In this document: positions 1 to 10,316 of the stretch, in pieces
How the letters are laid out: each line of letters starts with the position of its first letter
How positions within the stretch are numbered: position 1 is the first letter of the stretch
From: Epithemia pelagica
Taxonomy: Eukaryota > Protista > Bacillariophyta
Length of the DNA stretch: 64,000 nucleotides
Assembly (NCBI GenBank): GCA_946965045.2
Contig: OX337231.1
Coordinates: forward strand, 2,976,001-3,040,000
Reading direction: 5' to 3'
Notes under the pieces: generated by a model
Seen by the model: only the letters and a program-made list of their open reading frames with translations
What the model was told of the DNA's origin: nothing
The model's database searches: none
Position numbers and translations under genes: made by a program

Positions 1-810
1 TGGGGCAGTCGATGTCGGACTCAAAGACGACCGAAAGGTCCATCTTTCTCCAACCTGAACGCTTCTTCCAACTCTTCTTTGGCCAACGAGAGTACTGATT
101 TCCGTATCGTTGCGACTGTGGCCCCATGGCCTTGGCCGCTGTGAATTGTGCTGCAGAACTCATGATCTCTATTTGTTATTCTAACTTATTGAAGTGTATC
201 CTCTTTTCCAGGCTTCTGACCATGCTCAAAAGGGTCATGAGATGGTCAGAAGAGGACTTGTCGCAATGGTCGACTTGGCCATGCCATGGGCGACCGTGAA
301 GGACCGACCGGATCGGCTGATGGAATCTTCCCTCCATGTTTTTTGTCCGTGATTCGATGGGTTCCCGGGACACGGTAAGACACTTGTAACGACATTTGTT
401 TCCTAAGTGATTTTTTGTGAAACGACATTTCTAACCCAATCATATTGCTGCCTTTTGAAACTAACACCCCACCCGCAACGATTGCAAACAATCCCAGCGA
501 CAAAACTACTCCTCTAGAGGAGTATCATGTATGGCTATGTGGAAATGGTAACCCAGGCTCTCGTTCTTCTGGGTAGCAACAAGTCGCACTTGCGCAATTT
601 CCGGGTCGCTTGATGACGCACTTACATTCTCATGTGCCATCAGAATCATAGCGAGATCCTTGGAGCCAGACGCCATGATGATGATGCGGCTGCGGGTTGC
701 GGGGTGAATGAGAAGACTTTCACGGCGGGGTGGGAATCTCACTTCTTGACACCTGGCGCACGCCCTTAGACGACTTCAAACTTCAACATCTCTTCCTCTT
801 CTCAAATAAG

Positions 811-1863
811 ATGGCTCCTGTTGTACCACACGAAGGCGTTTCTGCACTAGAGTCTTTGTCAAGCTTCATTTACAAAGTTGAGCACATGCCTCAAACGGTG
901 GGCATGGCTTGGCTCCTTTCCAGTGCTCTTTATACAACCTACGCAACAAATGCTTTCTTGAAGTACAAGCCAAATGCTGTCATTCAAGGAGAGAAAACTC
1001 GCCTTGCAGCAACAATACCTGCTCAAAAGTGGAAAGTCACGCGACCAACCCTCCTTACACTCTGTCGATTTGGTGGATCTTTGCTGTTGGGATTGGTCGC
1101 ACACGCAGACTTGAGAATATGGGACCGGGTGATGGAGACAATACGAGCTGCTCCATTATTTCTCTTTCCGGCCGCCTGCTTGTTTATAGCAAACTTTTTC
1201 AATGCCATTAGTCTAGAACGAATTGGGATTTCGCTGACCTATACTTCGAAATGTGCAATACCACTCATCACCGTACTACTCGCGTTGGCGGTGGACGGAG
1301 TCAAAGCCTTACCCAACCATCTGGCATTGCTATCACTGCTGCCAATTGCACTCGGAATTGGAGCAGCGTCGTGGAACTCCCCGACCTTCGAACCGCTGGG
1401 ATTCGCTTCTGCCATGCTGTCGGCCACTGCCCAGAGTGCCCTGAATGTCAGTAGCAAACGTGCAATGATGAAAAGCGGAATTAGAGGAGCTTCGACACAG
1501 CGAGTTCTGGTTGCCGTTGGATTGATCATCGCAATGGTAATCACACACTTCGAACATCGAAGTCACACTCGGGAAGCTTCTGTGGACAAAGGCGACCCAG
1601 GGCCAGGGGCTGGAGAACCATTGGCAATTTATGTGATGGCAATCACTGCATATCATATTGAATACGTTTTATCATTTATGTTCGTGAAACTTGTTTCTCC
1701 CGTCACCTATGGCGCATGTGATGCGGTTCGACGGCTCAGTGTGATACTGGCTGGACGAGCAATGTTTGGCGCCAAACCTCTCACTGCTTTGAATATTGCA
1801 GGAATTGGTCTTGCACTTTGTGGCGCACTAGGATACTCGGTCACGAGCTCAATGGGTAAATAA
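811..1863 (+). CDS. Triose-phosphate/nucleotide-sugar transporter (TPT/DMT superfamily) membrane protein
   Basis: ORF 730..1863, first ATG at 811. About 8-10 hydrophobic segments with TPT-like motifs (SLTYTSKCAIP, LSATAQSALNV, VSPVTYGACDAVRRL, GIGLALCGALGYS). Confidence 0.75.
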   Translation: MAPVVPHEGVSALESLSSFIYKVEHMPQTVGMAWLLSSALYTTYATNAFLKYKPNAVIQGEKTRLAATIPAQKWKVTRPTLLTLCRFGGSLLLGLVAHADLRIWDRVMETIRAAPLFLFPAACLFIANFFNAISLERIGISLTYTSKCAIPLITVLLALAVDGVKALPNHLALLSLLPIALGIGAASWNSPTFEPLGFASAMLSATAQSALNVSSKRAMMKSGIRGASTQRVLVAVGLIIAMVITHFEHRSHTREASVDKGDPGPGAGEPLAIYVMAITAYHIEYVLSFMFVKLVSPVTYGACDAVRRLSVILAGRAMFGAKPLTALNIAGIGLALCGALGYSVTSSMGK

Positions 1864-1942
1864 GATAAGCTATCTCGTGCGACTATCAAGTAATCCCCAA
1901 TCGTTGGAGAGGAATTGAATCATAGAGGAGGAAGCAGTCCTG

Positions 1943-3000
1943 TCATATGCGGACGTTTGGACCGAATTCAATCTTCCTCACTTTTGCAATGAACTCCAGT
2001 CTGACACTTCGCATTTCTCCCGTCATAAACCACTTTTTCAAGTCTCCTTCACATTCAACAATCCCATTGAACACCGTTTGCAGCCATCCAGAGTGACTAG
2101 CGATGGCAATGTCCGCTTCCTTTCTATTTGAAAGCCATTCCATGAATAGATAAATGCGCTCCCCGACTTGTTCTTTCGATTCTCTTTGAGTTTCTGAGAA
2201 TATTGGATCTTCTTCCTTAGCCATCATCAATGAGAAATCAACCTGTGGGTACTCTGCTTTATGATGAGATACAGGAAGTCGTTTGTCACAAATATGCACA
2301 CCACTTTCCTCTCGGATCATTTCATGTGCAACAAAGGACGCTTTTCCAATCAAACTTTCAAATGCGATCAAGCTCGTCTGAATTGCCCGATTGAGGGGAG
2401 ACGTTGCAATCAGTGTCGGTGGATTGCTCATGGACGTGACTTTTTCTCGAGCAACTGCTTGCGCTTGTAAGCGTCCCTTGTTTGTCAGCGAGGGGTCGAG
2501 GAGTTCCGGTAGAATATAAGGGTTATTCGGATCTTTAGTGAACTGAGTCCATTCTTTTCCATCCTGTTTGTACTCTTGTGCTTTAAGATTATGGTCGGCT
2601 AGACGAGTGAAGCATGTTAGCTTTCGTAAGGTGATGTGAATTCAACAAAGGAACTTTTGAGATGCAACAACTAACCTTCTCCATGTCGTAGAAAATGAAC
2701 CGTTTTGATATTCTTGGTGCCACTTTGATCAACTGTGAGTGCATTCGAGCCATCCAATGGATATGCTCTGATGACCAGGCGTCGCGTCCTCATTTTCGTG
2801 TAAAGCTCATCCATGCCCTCCATTTGCTCAGCACTTTCCTTTGCAGCTAGGGCAATGGCAGCTTGACTGTGAGCAATTTGTGAGGCACATTTCTCAGCGG
2901 AAGACATGCCTTCGTTAGTATTTAATGGCGTTCCGAAACCTGAAATACAGATGAGACCAGCAAAAGTGGACCAGACCACAAGCAGAAGCAATGCGTCCAT
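1943..3000 (-). CDS. Histidine phosphatase / phosphoglycerate-mutase-like protein, 2 exons, N-terminal signal peptide
   Basis: GT-AG intron 2675..2599 joins FLRHGE to ADHN in frame. Downstream DPSLTNKG, TSPLNRAIQT and SHSGWL motifs are typical of the family. Hydrophobic N-terminus. Confidence 0.85.
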
Positions 3001-3310
3001 TTTGAGCGCAACGTCACTACCGACTGCCGATCGACAAAAATGAGATAAAACGGCAAACTAACGCCTTGTTCGTTGTGTGCGCTTTTGTGTCGCGTTTGTG
3101 GTCGTTCGGTCGCATACACGATGATCAACAAAGAGGTTTTGACTTCCAAAGCCGTAATCAATGAAGGACGACTAAAATGGGAAATGCTGTGTTTTCTGAC
3201 ATGGCCAAACTGTCAAAAGTGCTGCGCGCCTATGCTACTGCCACCAGTTGGTTCGTCATCAAGCTCCACGCGACAAGACTGGTCAAAACAAAAATAGGGG
3301 TTTAGGTTGT

Positions 3311-4035
3311 TTACAGAGCTGCCTTGATACCTGCCGCCGCTTGCTCGAACTTCGCCTTTTTGGCAGGATCCTTCATCATTTCTTGCATGGAATCCATGTA
3401 TGCTCGGAAGTTGGGGTCCTTCATCATTTCGTCGAGTTGTTTCTTAAAGTTTGGGTCCTTGATCATTTTGGCCATGCTATCCATCATGGCGGGATCATTT
3501 GTCATGGCGTCCATAGTAGCGTCAACTGTTTCCATTGACTTCTTTTTCATTTGATCGTTTCCAATCTTGATCATTTGTTCCATTCTCGCCTCGGCGGCGG
3601 CGGCCTTATTGGGGTCGTCAAGCATTTCTTTGGTTGTGTGCAACGAGTCTTTGAACTCCTTACTGGTGGAAAGCTTCTTCATTTCTGACTGGAATTTCTT
3701 GTCTTTCATCATTTCTTGAGCAGCCGCCATCATTTCGGGATCCTGGAAAGATTCAAGTCGACGACAGCAAAGACGACGGCCAAACATCACGTCAGAATGA
3801 CAGATTCAACCAGGACATGGAAATCATGTTTGTTCTCATTGACTCTTGGTCACATGGAAAGATGGGTTCAGGAACGTACCTGCATGTCACGCATCAGTTG
3901 TGCCAAGAGTTCTGGGTCCTTGGCAGCTTGTTTCAGGCCTTCCATGCCCATTTGGATGTTCTGGAGAGGGTCTTGCTGGGCAAAGCAGAAACTGGAAAAG
4001 GTGGCAAGAGCGAGGATGAGGAGCTTTTGAAACAT
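3311..4035 (-). CDS. Signal-peptide protein with STI1/HOP-type DP (Asp-Pro, Met-rich) repeats, 2 exons
   Basis: ATG 4035 gives MFQKLLILALATFSSFCFAQQ. GT-AG intron 3879..3743 joins ...RDMQ to DPEMM... Repeated DPxxxxxM motifs (KDPELLAQLM, NDPAMMDSM, KDPNFKKQL, KDPNFRAYM). Confidence 0.75.
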
Positions 4036-4317
4036 GATGTCAATCTATTCTTTGTCGAGAGGCAGCAAAAGGGGGGAACAGAACGTTTGGCTTGTTGTTG
4101 TTGTTGTTGCAGAACAATGAATTGATATGGTCAATGGTCGACGGTTTGAGTCGGATTTTTTTGAAGCCGACATGCACGACATGTGGAACGTGGAAGTTGA
4201 AGATACGCGATAGACTCGGTTCAGTCGCAGATCATGCAGGTTTCCAATTTGCCACGCGTCAACAAATTCATGCGGGGAGACCGACAGACCGTAGGTCACG
4301 CTATGACCATGTGACTG

Positions 4318-4325
4318 TGACGTGG
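4318..4325 (+). promoter_or_regulatory. TGACGTGG (UPRE-like) motif in the divergent promoter between two ER-targeted co-chaperone genes
   Basis: Exact TGACGTGG at 4318-4325. CCAAT (4244) and GCCACG (4251) lie nearby in the 451-bp head-to-head spacer. Function is inferred only. Confidence 0.35.
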
Positions 4326-4486
4326 CTACTGCGGGTCCCGCACTCGCACCTCGCACTGCGACTCCCATCCAAATCCAAAAAGCGCAAAAAACAAAAGCAA
4401 GTCATTGGACAAGACACGCCAACAACCATCTCATCAGATCTCTTCGACGTTGAAACGGTCCTTTTGGGTTTCCACTCGTAGGAACG

Positions 4487-5733
4487 ATGTCGGCGACATA
4501 CAGATTGAGTAGACAATGGCTCAAGCTACTGATTCATTTTGCTTCCCTGATTGCATTGACCACTGCTGCCGATTTTTATCAGATTCTGGGTATTTCTCGA
4601 TCGGCCACCACCAAGGAAATCAAAAAGGCGTATCGCAATCTTTCACTAAAATACCATCCAGGTAAGACTGCCGTCAGGATCACACGATTTTGAGTAAGGA
4701 ATTCTTGGTTCGATTTGGATGTGATATTGCTCCCATGTATGTTATTGGCTCATTAATTTCAACCTCGTCGGCCTTAGACAAGAACAGTGAAGAAGGAGCT
4801 GCCGAAAAGTTTGCGGAAATCGCCCGAGCGTATGAAGTGTTGTCGGATGAAGAGAAGAAATCGGTCTATGATCGTCATGGAGAAGAGGGATTGAAACAAC
4901 ATGAGGACCGGGCTGCATCAGGAGGAGGCGGTGGTGGGTTTGATGATATTTTCTCCCAGTTTTTTGGCGGTGGTGGCCGACGTCGTGATGACGGTGAACG
5001 GAGGTCACCCAGTGTCCATTTACCCCTACACTTAACCTTGGAGCAACTGTACCTGGGTGAAACATTCGAGGTAGAATATGTACGACAGGTGTTGTGTTTG
5101 AATTGGGAAATGTGTATGAAAGCAGCTCCCGATTGCCAAGGAGCAGGCGTCCGAGTTCGTCGTCAGCAGTTGGCCCCTGGTTTTGTTCAGCAAGTCCAAC
5201 AGGCAGACGAACGTTGTGTGGCTCCTGGGAAAATGTGGAAGTCCGACTGTAGAGATTGTCCATCCAAAACGGTCACGGAAAAAATTGATTTGACCGTCAG
5301 TGTCTCTCCTGGAATGCGAAATGAGGAAGAAATTGTATTGGAGGAGGTTGCCGATGAAAAGCCTGGTATGTTGGCGGGACATTTGCACTTCCACGTGATT
5401 GAGGAAAAACACGAATTTTTCCATCGTGATCGCGACGACTTATACTTGACCATGGAAATCCCATTGGTTAAGGCCTTGGTTGGGTTTTCCATTACACTTA
5501 AGCATTTGGATGGCCATGAATTCACAGTTGAGCGCAAAGGAGTAACGGACTGCGATTTTGTACAAAAGATCCCTGGTAAAGGTATGCCACGACGAAATGG
5601 AAGAGGCTTCGGAAGTCTGTTTATTACATACGAAGTCGACTTCCCCGACGAGCTGTCAAGCCAACAGAAACAAGCAATTCGACAAATTCTGGGAGAGGAT
5701 GGAGATGGCGGACGTACGGGCGAGGAACTATAA
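4487..5733 (+). CDS. DNAJB11: ER-luminal DnaJ/Hsp40 co-chaperone (ERdj3/DNAJB11-like), 2 exons
   Basis: Signal peptide, then J-domain (DFYQILG...IKKAYR). Intron 4662..4777 restores HPDKN. G/F region, Cys-rich segment, DnaJ C-terminal domain, C-terminus GEEL. Confidence 0.85.
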
Positions 5734-5850
5734 AACCTGCTGTTCTCCTAGTACCTACTAGCTAGTAAACTGAGATTGCTCTGGGTGGCAGATTCAACGC
5801 TCACTTGGTAGGGTAGATTGACAGTAAAAACGCATCTATTGTTGTCGTAA

Positions 5851-7005
5851 TTATGCTGAACTTGCTTCCTGCTGTTTTTGTCGCAAATAATTCTTCAAGA
5901 AAAACTCACCGGCCTTGTAGCTCGATCGAACCAAGGGTCCTGATGCAACATATGTGAATCCCATTGCATCAGCTTCAGTTTGCCACTGCTGAAACTTTTC
6001 CGGTGTTACGTATTCTTGCGCCGCCAAGTGTTTCTTTGTGGGTTGCAGATATTGTCCAAAGGTGACAACGTCTACTTCAATCTCTCTCAGGTCACTCAAG
6101 GCTTGACGCACATCTTCATCTTTTTCTCCTAATCCCAACATGAGTGATGTCTTTGTTAAGCAACCAGAGTCAAGAGATTTCACGTACGACAGAACATCCA
6201 ACGATTGGCGATACTTTGCTCTTCGATCTCGAACAAACGGCGTTAACCGTTCGACAGTCTCCATATTGTGAGCGTACACATCCAAACCGGAAGTGGCAAC
6301 TGCTTTGATTAACTCTTTTTGGCCTTGAAAATCGGGCGTTAATGCTTCCACCAAAAGTTCGGGTTTCTTCAGCTTCAATTGTTGGATAACTTGTCGGAAA
6401 TGGTCAGATCCTTGATCTTCAAGATCGTCTCGATCAACGGACGTGAGTACAACGTAATCAAGTCCCCATTTCGCAATGGCCGTGGCGACCTTGGTCGGCT
6501 CATCGGGATCCAAGGGAGGTGGGGCCCTCGACGTTTTCACACTGCAGAAGCGACATCCTCGCGTGCATGTGTCTCCCATAATCATGATAGTAGCAGTTGC
6601 TGTGTGGTCTTCGCCACCACCCCAACACTCGCCAATATTTGGACATCGAGCTTCCTCGCAAACCGTCGCCAAGCCAAGTTCCCTCACGGTGGAACGTAGC
6701 TTTTGGTAATTCTCCGAATCAGCCGCAGAAGCTTTCAGCCACTTTGGTTTCGGCAAAATCTTGGATGACCGCGGCGCAGCTTTCTTTCGTACAGGGCGAT
6801 CACCACTCGCAAATTGGTCAAGCGTGGCGTCCTGGTCGTTCGCAATTTCTTCTCGAAGTGCCTGCAGCCGACTTTTTCCATCCGACTGAGTCACCTCCAC
6901 AATGGTCGATGATGAGAGCAATCTCCAGCCGTCTCGTCGACGTAGCTGAAGTCTCCATGTAACCTGCTGTCCTCTGTGTAGAATAGATGACACTGTAAAC
7001 GACAT
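5851..7005 (-). CDS. LIAS: Lipoyl synthase, mitochondrial (radical SAM)
   Basis: [21 protein letters not shown] and RSSY motifs. Arg/Ser-rich transit peptide from ATG 7005. Confidence 0.95.
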   Translation of the reverse strand: MSFTVSSILHRGQQVTWRLQLRRRDGWRLLSSSTIVEVTQSDGKSRLQALREEIANDQDATLDQFASGDRPVRKKAAPRSSKILPKPKWLKASAADSENYQKLRSTVRELGLATVCEEARCPNIGECWGGGEDHTATATIMIMGDTCTRGCRFCSVKTSRAPPPLDPDEPTKVATAIAKWGLDYVVLTSVDRDDLEDQGSDHFRQVIQQLKLKKPELLVEALTPDFQGQKELIKAVATSGLDVYAHNMETVERLTPFVRDRRAKYRQSLDVLSYVKSLDSGCLTKTSLMLGLGEKDEDVRQALSDLREIEVDVVTFGQYLQPTKKHLAAQEYVTPEKFQQWQTEADAMGFTYVASGPLVRSSYKAGEFFLKNYLRQKQQEASSA

Positions 7006-7285
7006 GCTTAGCCACACTTCGTTGTTATTCTCTGGTGCACTCTGATCTCGTTTTCATTGTTGTGGTGCTCGTGCGTGTGGCATGCTGATGGTCGTCGAGG
7101 AAGGTCTCTGCACTCAATTCTTCTTCGGGGGGAGGCCCTTTTTATTTGGGGGGGGGTGCTTCGATTGTTGGATGTCGGAAGAATTCGAAAGAACTCCATT
7201 TCGAAAAACCTCCGAGACCCGCACGACTGGATTCAACATTTTTTCTCATAAAATTTTCTCAAGGAAAAAAAGTAAACGCAACGTG

Positions 7286-8020
7286 ATGTTTTATCAATTT
7301 CCATACGACAACCACTACTATCGAAGCCGAGGTGACTACATGACTCCTCGTGAATATGAGCTTTACAGGAAGCAAAAAGCGTACGAGCAACTTCGACGCC
7401 GTCAAATAGCGGAAGAACGACAAAGGCAAGAATATTTGCTTCGACGCCAACGCGCCGAAGAAGCACGCCTTGAACGAGAAAGATATGAAAGGCAAATTGA
7501 TGCTCAACGAGCTGCCCCTTTGAGAAAAAGCTACGATTCAAAGGAGGAGAATGATGAAAGAGAGTACAAAGTTGTGAGAGGATGGGATGGAAGGCTTTAT
7601 CGTGTTCGTGTTCAAGAGAACGACGACGAGGAATATCGGTGGATGAGGGACTGGGATGGTTCAATCACTCGAGTTCAACCGAAACTCTCTGTTAAAGACG
7701 AAACCAGGCGCAAAGATCGACGTGAGGAGCCAGCTGAAGAAGACCGACCACAGTTGAGAGCAGTAGAGAACAGTGCCAAAGGTTCTCAGTCAAACCTGAA
7801 AAGTCCACTTTCAACAGCGTTGGGGCAAAAGGAGTCGTACAGCAATGAATCTACGCGTCAAACGGCGAAAAACGACAAACGAAAAAAGAAAAAGATTACT
7901 GTTATAGTTGAGGATGTTTCGGATTCGAGCGACGCTGAGGAGGACGAAATGAATTCATACTGGCGAAATCGTCATCCATCGCCCAATGAGAGTTGGATGG
8001 AGCCCATTGAGCAAATCTAA
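7286..8020 (+). CDS. Hypothetical charged coiled-coil protein
   Basis: ORF 7082..8020, ATG at 7286 (245 codons). R/E/Q-rich helix, two GWDG/DWDG repeats, KKKK run. Confidence 0.6.
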   Translation: MFYQFPYDNHYYRSRGDYMTPREYELYRKQKAYEQLRRRQIAEERQRQEYLLRRQRAEEARLERERYERQIDAQRAAPLRKSYDSKEENDEREYKVVRGWDGRLYRVRVQENDDEEYRWMRDWDGSITRVQPKLSVKDETRRKDRREEPAEEDRPQLRAVENSAKGSQSNLKSPLSTALGQKESYSNESTRQTAKNDKRKKKKITVIVEDVSDSSDAEEDEMNSYWRNRHPSPNESWMEPIEQI

Positions 8021-8384
8021 CTACATGCGGACCCGACCAACTTTGTTTGAGTGTAGATGGCATGTTATAAAGTAAAATGCATCTAAAGCAACTTTTAAGG
8101 ATCCGAATAAATTTGTCTTTTGTTAGCATGTCAAAGATATCGTGTCTGATCCAACGCTTGCAATTGTCACTGAGGGGAAAGCTACACAATACTCTGATAG
8201 CTTTAATGATAAATGTATCGCCTTTTCAGTCTTCTCTCAGTTGTAGAGTAGTCGGCGACTCGACACTGTAGAGCTACACGATGTCGTTTTCCGAAGGACG
8301 CTCGAAACCCAAGGGCGTCATCATGGAGATGATTCTCGGAAATCACGAGAAAGGTTCAGCAAAAAGCTACATATCGGCCCAGTT

Positions 8385-9989
8385 TCACTTGCTCTTTAGA
8401 AGTGCTCGTTTACGTCCGGCCATGTAGGACTTGACAAGCTTGAAAATGATTTCGGCGGCCAGGCGCAACCCCGAATAATCCACGTAGCAGATGCGCAAGG
8501 CTCGTACTACCTCCTTGCTCTCGGCCCCCACAAAGCACCCACGAATCACGTCCATGCGTCGACCTTTGCCCTGAGGGATCATATCTCGCCATTCCCTAAA
8601 GGAATCTAGCATTTCGTCGTAACGCCGACCGTGATCCACTTTCTTAACATCCACTACATCATCAAACGCTCTGGAAGCCACATCTGCTATAGATTTCATA
8701 ATGCCTTCCAAAAGCAGAAGTGTATCACAGCTTCGTTCGACCGAGCATTCTTGAGACACGCAATCGTACAAGCCAATCACGAGATCTGTAAATGAAACTT
8801 GGCCATTTTCAGCTTGATCCAACTCCTGCATCAGTAGTTCTGCTGGTCCAGGATGCACCAGTGATCGCGCCTCATCCAAGAATCCCGTGGAGATGAGCTG
8901 TTCTGTTGTGAAAAAGGCCCCCCGATTGATTTTGTGGCCCGTGGTCACAAATGCCAAGCGACATGCTTCTACCTGGGCTTCGTTCAACCCCGTCGCTTCA
9001 ACAACTATTGAAACATCTCTCTCCCTCTGTAGTTTGGAATCTTCAATTAATTTGCAAAGCTTCTTGTAGATGACACGGGCAGCAACGCGAAGTGGATAGA
9101 GATCCTCAAACAAAACCTCAAAGGCACGGTAGACAGCGGGCTCGTGCGCGCTGGCTGCAACGCCTTCAAACAGAACACGAACCCTTTCTTCCTGGAGACT
9201 GCGGATATCATTTTGACTGTAATTCGAAAACGTTTCGAGCATATTCCTGAATTCTTGTTCCAGATCACTAAGTGTGCGGTTCACGGGTGTCAAAGTGTAC
9301 AAGGGCTTGTCAAGAGATTTTGTTGTCTCATCATCCGTTGGTCGATATCTCTCTGTGACTCTATTTTCCAAAACAGCCACTGAAGATGAGGCTCCAGCGT
9401 CCTCAATGTATAGAACTTGTTTGCTCACGATTGTGGATGAACTTGGATAGGCACGAATTGCGTCTTGCCCGTTCATCGTCGAGTTCGCGGTGGCTCCCGA
9501 AGCCTCTTCAGTAGTAACTTCAACCCTCGACAGAGAGCCGTTTTCATTTTCAACATGATCTGCTGTTGGACTTCCCGTGAACAAACCTTCAGTTGATTGT
9601 ATCACTCCCTGTACGTGTTCATCCGACGATGGATAACCATCATGAAAAGTCAGAGGTTGGTCCAATTCTTCCGGATCAAAACCATTATTATCCCCTGGGA
9701 GCGTACTTTTGCTATTTCTTCTCTGAAAGGTTTTCTGAAGGTAGGACTTGAAACCATTCAAGGCCACTGATCTGCGCGAGCCATGAGTTAGAAACCATTT
9801 TTCTGATTGAAAGCGTGTTTCTCCAGATCGGACGATTGAACGTATGTCCAATGATACTAGGCCACGCACTTCCAGCACCAGAGCTGCAAGTAGGATGTAT
9901 ACAAACGGACGCGACAAAAACGACTGCTGATGAACAGAGCCATGAAACTTCATCAAACTAGTCGTTGTCCTCTTTCGACGACCAATCAT
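8385..9989 (-). CDS. Hypothetical protein with likely targeting peptide, an EF-hand-like segment and a duplicated helical motif
   Basis: Long ORF (ATG 9989 or 9953). Hydrophobic stretch FVYILLAALVLEVRG; DQAENGQVSFTDL loop; two similar ~45-aa repeats. Confidence 0.7.
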   Translation of the reverse strand: MIGRRKRTTTSLMKFHGSVHQQSFLSRPFVYILLAALVLEVRGLVSLDIRSIVRSGETRFQSEKWFLTHGSRRSVALNGFKSYLQKTFQRRNSKSTLPGDNNGFDPEELDQPLTFHDGYPSSDEHVQGVIQSTEGLFTGSPTADHVENENGSLSRVEVTTEEASGATANSTMNGQDAIRAYPSSSTIVSKQVLYIEDAGASSSVAVLENRVTERYRPTDDETTKSLDKPLYTLTPVNRTLSDLEQEFRNMLETFSNYSQNDIRSLQEERVRVLFEGVAASAHEPAVYRAFEVLFEDLYPLRVAARVIYKKLCKLIEDSKLQRERDVSIVVEATGLNEAQVEACRLAFVTTGHKINRGAFFTTEQLISTGFLDEARSLVHPGPAELLMQELDQAENGQVSFTDLVIGLYDCVSQECSVERSCDTLLLLEGIMKSIADVASRAFDDVVDVKKVDHGRRYDEMLDSFREWRDMIPQGKGRRMDVIRGCFVGAESKEVVRALRICYVDYSGLRLAAEIIFKLVKSYMAGRKRALLKSK

Positions 9990-10316
9990 GTTGAAAACAA
10001 ATTTTTGTTTTGGATGGAAGTGAAGATCGGAAATCTGAGTTGATGTGTGGAGAAACGACCACGTCACGATGATGTGTGATGGAATCTATCGGGTCGCGCG
10101 TCTCTTTGTGGGTCGCATTATTTCCAACTCCGTACTCTACCCCTCTATCTCTATGGACAATACGTATCTACTCCCCTAGCTAGCTACTCCTAGTAGAGGA
10201 AACCTCTTCAAGGAGAGATTGTGTTGTGTGGGGCTTTTCCTCCTAGAAATAAAATCATTTATCTCATGAATTCCTCGCAGGGAGAAGAAACCAAAGTGAC
10301 ATCAATAACGAACAAG

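Noticed and set aside
1-742. Short ORFs at the window start
   Set aside because: No recognisable motifs or consistent splice model; they could be the end of a gene outside the window.
7178-7210. Heat-shock element upstream of the 7286 gene
   Set aside because: The GAA/TTC units lack the canonical nGAAnnTTCn spacing.
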